From NCBI GenBank assembly GCA_963668675.2, contig CAXXMB010000001.1:1312001-1376000 (forward strand): DNA of 64,000 nucleotides, given 5' to 3'. Under the pieces are notes generated by a model, which made no database searches, was not told where the DNA came from, and was given only the letters and a program-made list of their open reading frames with translations. This document shows positions 58,193 to 64,000 of the stretch, piece by piece (positions within the stretch are counted from its first letter, which is position 1; each line of letters opens with the position of its first letter). The translations under genes and the position numbers were made by a program. Origin of the DNA: an uncultured Desulfatitalea sp. Lineage in GTDB: Bacteria; Desulfobacterota; Desulfobacteria; Desulfobacterales; Desulfosarcinaceae.

Positions 58193-58430
58193 AGCTTTAA
58201 TCCTCCAGGTCCTGGCCCTCGCACTCATCTGCATGGGGATTGCCGTCACGCTGTTCACCATCGGTGATCTGCCGCCATATGCCACGCGCAACCTGGCCTC
58301 CCTCTCCTGCTTTACCGTTGTTGCATCTGCGCCCGGGCCCGAGGCGCCAATATCGGCCCCTCCTTCACCCCCGCCCGGGCAGGCTTCCACGGCTGCCCGG
58401 GCCCACTCTTTCAAGGAGGCCGTGCGATGA
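58179..58430 (+). CDS. Phage hypothetical membrane protein
   Basis: GGAGG SD; N-terminal TM. Confidence 0.5.
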   Translation: MKRLEALILQVLALALICMGIAVTLFTIGDLPPYATRNLASLSCFTVVASAPGPEAPISAPPSPPPGQASTAARAHSFKEAVR

Positions 58431-58636
58431 GGCAGTTTCTATTTCCCGAAGAGGTGGCCGAGTTGGCCCGGCGCCGGGGACTGCACGCGGGCTTTTGCGC
58501 GGCGTGCGTGGATGCCGGATCGCGCTGGTGCCGGCAGATGTGTGATCTTCGGCCGGATGTGCCGCCCCGCTGCCCGGCCAGGTTGAAGGCAGCCATCGCA
58601 CCCCCTGGTGCGAAAGGATCTCGCACATGGACGTAA
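58427..58636 (+). CDS. Cys-rich phage hypothetical protein
   Basis: AGGAGG SD; ATGA coupling. Confidence 0.5.
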   Translation: MRQFLFPEEVAELARRRGLHAGFCAACVDAGSRWCRQMCDLRPDVPPRCPARLKAAIAPPGAKGSRTWT

Positions 58637-58818
58637 AAACGACAAAATTCTACGGCGAGCTGCAGGGAGAGACCGATCTGTGCTGGTACGTGTTCGACGG
58701 CATCCACACCCTGAAAATACCCAAATCCCAGGTGGTGAACCTGCGGATGCTGCCTAACAACGTGGACTGTGAAATGGAGATCCCCACATGGCTGGCAAGA
58801 AAAAAAGGCATCATCTGA
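58627..58818 (+). CDS. Phage hypothetical protein
   Basis: IPKSQV...EIPTWLARKKG motif common in small phage proteins. Confidence 0.7.
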   Translation: MDVKTTKFYGELQGETDLCWYVFDGIHTLKIPKSQVVNLRMLPNNVDCEMEIPTWLARKKGII

Positions 58819-59081
58819 ACATCCACTATTGTGTCGCAGCGATCGAGATCGTCGACATTGTCGACACAACGGAAAATTCAATCAAGGCGGTAGTAAAGCG
58901 AACCGGCAAGACGGCTAACTTTCCAAGAAGCCTTACTCAATTTCATGGCCCTTTGGCTATCATTCCGGAGTGGCTTGCAAGACAAATTCTTTGCCCGGCG
59001 CCGGAAGGCTGCGATCCTGGGGCTGACGCAGTCGCCGATGCCGCCGGCGTCGGGCAAACTAAAAAGTTGGCGTCACATTGA
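58788..59081 (+). CDS. Phage hypothetical protein (similar to the preceding gene)
   Basis: FPRS...IIPEWLARQ motif. Confidence 0.55.
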   Translation: MAGKKKRHHLNIHYCVAAIEIVDIVDTTENSIKAVVKRTGKTANFPRSLTQFHGPLAIIPEWLARQILCPAPEGCDPGADAVADAAGVGQTKKLASH

Positions 59082-59329
59082 ATTCGACCCAAACCAAAAT
59101 AGAGCCCAGGTGGCTCTCTTTAAAGGCTGCATCAGACTATAGCAACATCGGAGTAAAGCGCCTTAAAAAACTGGCCGAGGAAGGCAGAGTAAAAGGGTTT
59201 CAGGACCCGGACTCGGGCCGGGGAGATTGGGTTTTTGATCGACTGTCGATCGATGCCTACCGGGAGCGCCAGGACCCGGACAAAGAACTGGACAGAAAAT
59301 GTATTGCTATTTTAAATCGGCTCAAATAA
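59078..59329 (+). CDS. Excisionase-like HTH protein
   Basis: RWLSLKAASDYSNIGVKRLKKLAEEGRVKG...W.FDR.SID; directly upstream of the integrase. Confidence 0.8.
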   Translation: MNSTQTKIEPRWLSLKAASDYSNIGVKRLKKLAEEGRVKGFQDPDSGRGDWVFDRLSIDAYRERQDPDKELDRKCIAILNRLK

Positions 59330-59340
59330 TTCCATCCCCC

Positions 59341-60321
59341 ATGAGGCTGTATCAGCGAAATGGGTGGTATCACGTTGAATTCAAGCGTGGGAAATCCCTG
59401 TCCTTAAAAACCAAGGACGAGGAAACCGCCATCAAACTGTTCAAAAAGCTTGAGGAAAAATCTCTCGAAAGCCGCCTTCAACTGCTCGACGAAACCGACC
59501 GGATCACCATCAGCAAGTTTAAAAAGCGATACGTCGAATCCCGCTTCCACCTGTCAAGCAGCACCACCCGGGCCGACGAACTGGCGCTCAGGCTCCTGGC
59601 CGATGTTGTCGGCCACGATAAGCCCATGAAGCTGATCAACCAAAGATCGATCGATGAATTCATAAGCGTCTGCCATGCCCGGGGCGTTGTTAACGATTCG
59701 ATCAACACCTATCTGCGCCATCTGAGGGCGGCATTCAACACGGCCAATCGGTACGGCTATATCAAGTCGACCCCATCGTTCCGGCCGCTTCCCAAAAAGA
59801 AAAAGCTCCATCGGGTATTATCAAGCGATGAGATCAACACCCTTTTGAAGCACACCAAGTCGGTCGACGTCGACATGTGGCGTATCATGCTGTTCGGTCT
59901 TTGGACCGGATGCCGGCGCAAAGAGATACTCGAAGCCCTATGGCAGGATGTCGTTTCAAACCAAAAGGGAGATCCATTCGTTAGAATCATCGGCAAGGGA
60001 GACAACGAACGGCGCGTACCTTTACTTCCGGGCGCCCTCGAGGCCCTTGGCGAAAAGAAGGATATAGGCCCCATATTTCGGCAGTTCAACAAGGATACGG
60101 TCTCTCACAGGTTTCAAAACTACTGCGGGGACGTTGGCATCCAGGGGGCCAAATTTCACAGCCTACGACACACAGCTGCGACGTTCATGGTCTCCAAGGG
60201 GATCAAGCTCGAGTTGATCCAAAAGGTCCTCGGGCATTCGGATATTCGGACCACTCAAATCTATGCCGAGATCTATGATGAAGTGGTACTTAAGGAGATG
60301 GGAAAGCTCAATTTCGACTAA
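59341..60321 (+). CDS. int: Phage tyrosine integrase
   Basis: Catalytic R (TGCRRKE), K (GKG), HSLR, LGH and Y (TTQIY); N-terminal arm-binding segment; abuts attR. Confidence 0.95.
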   Translation: MRLYQRNGWYHVEFKRGKSLSLKTKDEETAIKLFKKLEEKSLESRLQLLDETDRITISKFKKRYVESRFHLSSSTTRADELALRLLADVVGHDKPMKLINQRSIDEFISVCHARGVVNDSINTYLRHLRAAFNTANRYGYIKSTPSFRPLPKKKKLHRVLSSDEINTLLKHTKSVDVDMWRIMLFGLWTGCRRKEILEALWQDVVSNQKGDPFVRIIGKGDNERRVPLLPGALEALGEKKDIGPIFRQFNKDTVSHRFQNYCGDVGIQGAKFHSLRHTAATFMVSKGIKLELIQKVLGHSDIRTTQIYAEIYDEVVLKEMGKLNFD

Positions 60322-60393
60322 AAATTTTTGGTGATCATGCAGGCAAAATTCACACAAATTTCTATAACCCACTGTAATTATGGGCAAGATAAA

Positions 60394-60442
60394 CTGATTC
60401 GTAATCAGCAGGTCCGCGGTTCAAGTCCGCGCGCCGGCTCCA
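60394..60442 (+). repeat. attR: 49-bp duplicate of the tRNA-Thr 3' part
   Basis: Identical to 18077-18125; the 5' part of the tRNA is absent. Confidence 0.96.
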
Positions 60443-60672
60443 TCATCGAATATTCAATAGTGGGCCGTTTCAATATCACAAGTTGCCTCCCCGGATACCG
60501 ACAACATCACCTCGTCCATTTGCGGACTTGACACATTGAATTGGCCCGTATATTCTTCCATCCATATGAATTTATTCCCAAACAAGGTGTTACGAGCTGT
60601 ATCGAAGCGTGCACCTTGAAACGTAACGATACTTAAACCCGACTCATATAGCCATTTTGGAGCGAGGTTTCA

Positions 60673-61014
60673 ATGAAATGCATCGATGTGATCGAAGGAA
60701 CCGTAAAAAGCATCTTAACCAAGGTGCAGGCGGTCAGCATCGAAGATCGACTCGATGATACCGAGTATGTGCGCATGGTCAAAGCGATTATAGATGCGAC
60801 GGATCAATTTGTAGGCGACAACCCGGAATTGGTGGATGACCCGCGGTTGTTGAATCGTGTCCTATATGAATTTTCCCGCACACTATGGTTGACGAATCAA
60901 CAGGCGGAAGAAAAGACGCCGGACGACACATCTCTAACGGCCAATTCTGATAGCGCAGAATACCAAACCTATTACTACGACTACCTGTATCATCGCGGCA
61001 ACTATCCCCGTTAA
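60673..61014 (+). CDS. Hypothetical protein
   Basis: GAGG SD, 113-aa ORF; TTGACA...TATTCT promoter-like sequence upstream near 60528. Confidence 0.75.
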   Translation: MKCIDVIEGTVKSILTKVQAVSIEDRLDDTEYVRMVKAIIDATDQFVGDNPELVDDPRLLNRVLYEFSRTLWLTNQQAEEKTPDDTSLTANSDSAEYQTYYYDYLYHRGNYPR

Positions 61015-61379
61015 AGTGCACAGACTGCCAATGGGTGTCCCGTGGTGTCACAGAAGAGATGATGAAACAAAGATACAAACGACAAAGGAAGCTGCACGAT
61101 GAGAGAAATTGAGGACCGCGATCTGAAAAGTGAAATCGACCAAATTTCCGAACGAATCGATGCCATTGTACAGCAGGTGGAGAAACTCGATCCGGCCAGA
61201 AAAGAGGAGCCGGATAATGATCGGGGATAACTCCCTCCAGGAAAGCGTTGTCCCTGATCGGCTGGTCCAGATGTTCTGTATCAGATCCACTGCAATCGGC
61301 AGATGCGGCCGAAAGTTTTATTTGAAAGCTCTTGGGAGCCATCTATTTAACCGTGCAGGTTAACCATGCAGGAGAGATC

Positions 61380-61655
61380 ATGGCATTAACGAAGAGCGAC
61401 ATTGTCGCACGTGTAAACGATTTGGGTTTTACCCAGAAGAGATCCGCAGAGGTCGTCGAATCCCTGCTCGAGATCATCAAGCACTGTCTCGAAGAAGGTG
61501 AAGATGTCCTTGTTTCGGGTTTTGGGAAATTCTGCATAAAAGACAAGCGCCCCCGACGCGGCCGCAACCCCGCCACCGGAGAAGATTTGATGCTCGACCG
61601 ACGCAAAGTCGTTACCTTCAAATGTTCCGGGAAATTGAGAGAAAAGATAAACTAG
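61380..61655 (+). CDS. ihfA: Integration host factor subunit alpha
   Basis: MALTKSDIV...VLVSGFGKF.IKDK.PRRGRNPATGEDL.L..RKVVTFKCSGKLR. Confidence 0.9.
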   Translation: MALTKSDIVARVNDLGFTQKRSAEVVESLLEIIKHCLEEGEDVLVSGFGKFCIKDKRPRRGRNPATGEDLMLDRRKVVTFKCSGKLREKIN

Positions 61656-63370
61656 GCCGCACGCATCTTTTCTTCCTCTGTCAGCCAAACGGTTTGATAG
61701 GGTGACAACTGAATCTTCGCGGAGGAAATGAAAGATTTCCCGGTCAGCAGATCTTTCAAGGGCCCTCCAGGACAACAGGCACCCAAAGAGACCGTCAGGG
61801 GGTCTTCACTGACAGAGGTCAACGCATATAGGGTCTGCTCCCTGCAACCTCTACACACGGCAAACAGTTGCGAACCTAAAGAGAGCACCTTGAAATCGGC
61901 ATTGGGATGAAATGCCGGCTGCTTCCTTCGTGCGGAGAGCAATGCATTGTAAGCGCCGAAAACAGTTGCCCGGAAACTGTCGGGGTCATTCAACTCCCCA
62001 ACGACACATTCCAAATCTAAAGGCTGGCGATTGATAGTGCGATTGCGTCCGGTTTGGGCAACCCCCTCTTTCCAGTTTCGAGATCCCAAAAGACTGTGCA
62101 GATAGACGGCCGGAACACCCGGAAGTGACAAGGCGATGGCCTGGGACGCCAGAAACCGGCTTGCGTGCAGCGCCGTCCCGCGCTGACCGTCCGTGCCCAT
62201 GGCATCGACATAGGTCACGTTTAACTCGTACGGGCTGCTGCTGCCGTCACTGTTGCGCTTTAGCGAAACCTCTCCCCCGCATTTGCGGACATGGGCGATG
62301 ATCGCCTGGATCTGTCCGTCACTCAAAATGCCCTCCAGCGGCCTTACGCCGATGCCGTCATGGGACGCAGTAAAATTGAGGAAGGTGGTCTCTTTCGATG
62401 GCGCAATCAGTTGGTCGGCCCATCGGGAGAGAAGATCGGTATTGGTGGTGGTAAAGGCGTGCAACAACAGCGGGGGAAGGGAGAAGTTATAGACCAGCTG
62501 CGCCTCATCCGAGCCATTGCCAAAATAGCTGATGTTCTCCTCATGGGGAACGTTGGTCTCGGTGATGATGACCATATCCGGCGCCACCAAATCCAAAACG
62601 GCCCGAAAAAGCTTAACCAGTGCGTGGGCTTCGGGGCGGTGGATGCAATCCGTACCTGCCTCTTTCCATACGTAGGCCACCGCATCCATGCGAATAAAAC
62701 GCGCCCCATGCGCCGCGTAGACGAGCAGTACATCGATCATGCGACACAGCACATCGACACTTCGATAGTTCAGATCGATCTGATCGGCACTGAAGGTGGT
62801 CCAAAGGTGCACCTTCCGGCCGGATGCCTTGACAAAGGGTGTCAGCAACGGATGCGTTCGGGGTCGAACCACTTCGGAGAGATCTGCATCCGGCGACATC
62901 TCTATGGCCAGATCCTCGTATCCTTGAAGGCCCTCAAGGTAGTGTTTGAACCAATCGCTTTGGGCCGATATATGATTGAGAACAAAATCGAACATCAAAT
63001 CGAAGTCGGATGCGAGTCGATCCACATCATCCCAGGTCCCAGTGGTCGGATTGACATGCAGGTAGTCGATGACCGAAAAACCGTCGTCTGAAGAGTAAGG
63101 ATAAAATGGAAGGAGATGGATCGTTGAGATTGAACGAGTGAGATAGCTGGCAACAAAATCGCTGAGGGCCTGTAACGGATATTCGCCCCGGCGTCGGAGG
63201 CCGTCGGCGTAAGTCACCAGGACGATATCGTTCTCGCTAAAACGAGTACCCGCCTGCACGCTGCCGGCCTTGAAGCGATCCACCATCTGCATGACCTGTT
63301 CGAAGGCCGATCGCCCCTTTGGTCCGTATATATCCCTCAGCAGCTGTTCAATTTTCGCCACTGCCGACAT
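61652..63370 (-). CDS. GH13 sucrose / glucosylglycerate phosphorylase family enzyme
   Basis: IHLLPFYPYSSDDGF, FDFVLNH, WTTFSADQIDLN, RMDAVAY, ITETNVPH, ASHDGIGVRP. Confidence 0.9.
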   Translation of the reverse strand: MSAVAKIEQLLRDIYGPKGRSAFEQVMQMVDRFKAGSVQAGTRFSENDIVLVTYADGLRRRGEYPLQALSDFVASYLTRSISTIHLLPFYPYSSDDGFSVIDYLHVNPTTGTWDDVDRLASDFDLMFDFVLNHISAQSDWFKHYLEGLQGYEDLAIEMSPDADLSEVVRPRTHPLLTPFVKASGRKVHLWTTFSADQIDLNYRSVDVLCRMIDVLLVYAAHGARFIRMDAVAYVWKEAGTDCIHRPEAHALVKLFRAVLDLVAPDMVIITETNVPHEENISYFGNGSDEAQLVYNFSLPPLLLHAFTTTNTDLLSRWADQLIAPSKETTFLNFTASHDGIGVRPLEGILSDGQIQAIIAHVRKCGGEVSLKRNSDGSSSPYELNVTYVDAMGTDGQRGTALHASRFLASQAIALSLPGVPAVYLHSLLGSRNWKEGVAQTGRNRTINRQPLDLECVVGELNDPDSFRATVFGAYNALLSARRKQPAFHPNADFKVLSLGSQLFAVCRGCREQTLYALTSVSEDPLTVSLGACCPGGPLKDLLTGKSFISSAKIQLSPYQTVWLTEEEKMRAA

Positions 63371-63474
63371 GGCTCACCTCTGCAGCACACCTTCCTTTAG
63401 AGCAGTTATCAGAAAAAAACGCCCTCTTGAACCGTTCTTTAAGGTCATGGCGATCACGCCGAAGCCTTCACCAT

Positions 63475-64000
63475 TTAGACCGGCATCCCTCTCTTAAACG
63501 CTTTTAACGCATCTGGCATCATGCGACGGATAAACACCTGTCGATCCCTGTCGATCAGGGTTTTGTACTCCGAATAGCCTGGATGGGTTTCGGACAGCAG
63601 AGGGGGATCTTGCTGACACAGAATGGCGATCTGGTCGAATTGGCGCACCATTTCAAACAGGGGGTATTGCGTAGCGCAGAAGCGGGAGAGCCACCCCAAA
63701 CGGCGCATCATTTCGAAGCGGATGTGATCCAAAAGAAACAGATGGATATCGACAATCGTCATCTGCTCGCGCTTTTCAACGGAACCGAACGTTGCTTGGT
63801 GGCCAAACCCCAAAAATGATAGGATCATACTGTAAAAAAAATCGTTGTTTACTTCGGAAGGCTCCGCCAGCTGACACAACACATGCTGCTGAAAATCGTT
63901 GAGGCGTGTCCTGGTACTTAAGGGCTCTTTGAAGCGCTGACGCCACACCTTCAGTCCCGCCTCGAAGGCGCTCTTATCGCGATATTCGGCCAAGCGAACA
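63475..64000 (-). CDS. Hypothetical protein (5' end probably outside the window)
   Basis: Open frame to the window edge; DHIRFEMMRRLGW. Confidence 0.65.
   Translation of the reverse strand, partial: VRLAEYRDKSAFEAGLKVWRQRFKEPLSTRTRLNDFQQHVLCQLAEPSEVNNDFFYSMILSFLGFGHQATFGSVEKREQMTIVDIHLFLLDHIRFEMMRRLGWLSRFCATQYPLFEMVRQFDQIAILCQQDPPLLSETHPGYSEYKTLIDRDRQVFIRRMMPDALKAFKRGMPV

Larger units (their letters stand above)
18077..60442. mobile_element. Prophage (~42.4 kb, siphovirus-type, lambda-like head) integrated in tRNA-Thr
   Basis: 49-bp att repeats, tyrosine integrase plus Xis, repressor/Cro, primase-helicase, terminase, portal, capsid and tail genes. Confidence 0.96.

Noticed and set aside
59341..60321. 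Phage integrase as the integron integrase serving the cassettes
   Set aside because: The segment between the catalytic Lys (GKG) and HSLR is short and lacks the IntI-specific insertion. The gene is paired with Xis and abuts the tRNA attR, so it is an ordinary prophage integrase.
60394..60442. Second tRNA-Thr gene
   Set aside because: It lacks the 5' acceptor strand and D arm; it is the att duplication.
61380..61655. ihfA as part of the prophage
   Set aside because: It lies about 940 bp outside attR; it is a host gene and the proximity may be coincidental.

Overview
This is a bacterial chromosome segment, probably from a sulfate-reducing deltaproteobacterium (Desulfobacterales-like; inferred from gene content only). 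Bases 1-18 kb are housekeeping genes: smc 3' part, ftsY, hup, acyP, ligA, glyS/glyQ, a GHMP kinase, recO, a RodZ-like gene, two SurA-family genes and mfd. An apparently complete ~42.4 kb siphovirus-type prophage is integrated in tRNA-Thr(CGT), bounded by a perfect 49-bp direct repeat (18077-18125 and 60394-60442). It encodes a P4-type primase-helicase with an inverted iteron origin, a lambda-like GpA terminase, portal and protease-capsid fusion, a non-contractile tail with a -1 frameshifted chaperone, HicBA, SRAP, and a repressor/Cro/CII/Xis/Int module. The main finding is that the prophage carries two integron-type gene cassette arrays but no integron integrase. Array 1 (49691-56158, + strand) has six cassettes separated by five attC sites, and for cassettes 1-5 the first 7 bp are exactly complementary to the R'' box of their own attC. 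Its cargo looks like anti-phage defence: an OLD-type ATPase-TOPRIM, a NYN RNase, a DUF262-AlbA_2/Schlafen fusion and membrane proteins. Array 2 (22433-24114, - strand) has one complete and one truncated attC. Both arrays begin at a shared CTAATAAT-N(1-3)-GTT attI-like motif, and a third copy closes array 1. After attR come a hypothetical gene, ihfA, a GH13 sugar phosphorylase and a partial ORF. All family assignments come from motif recognition by eye; no searches were run.
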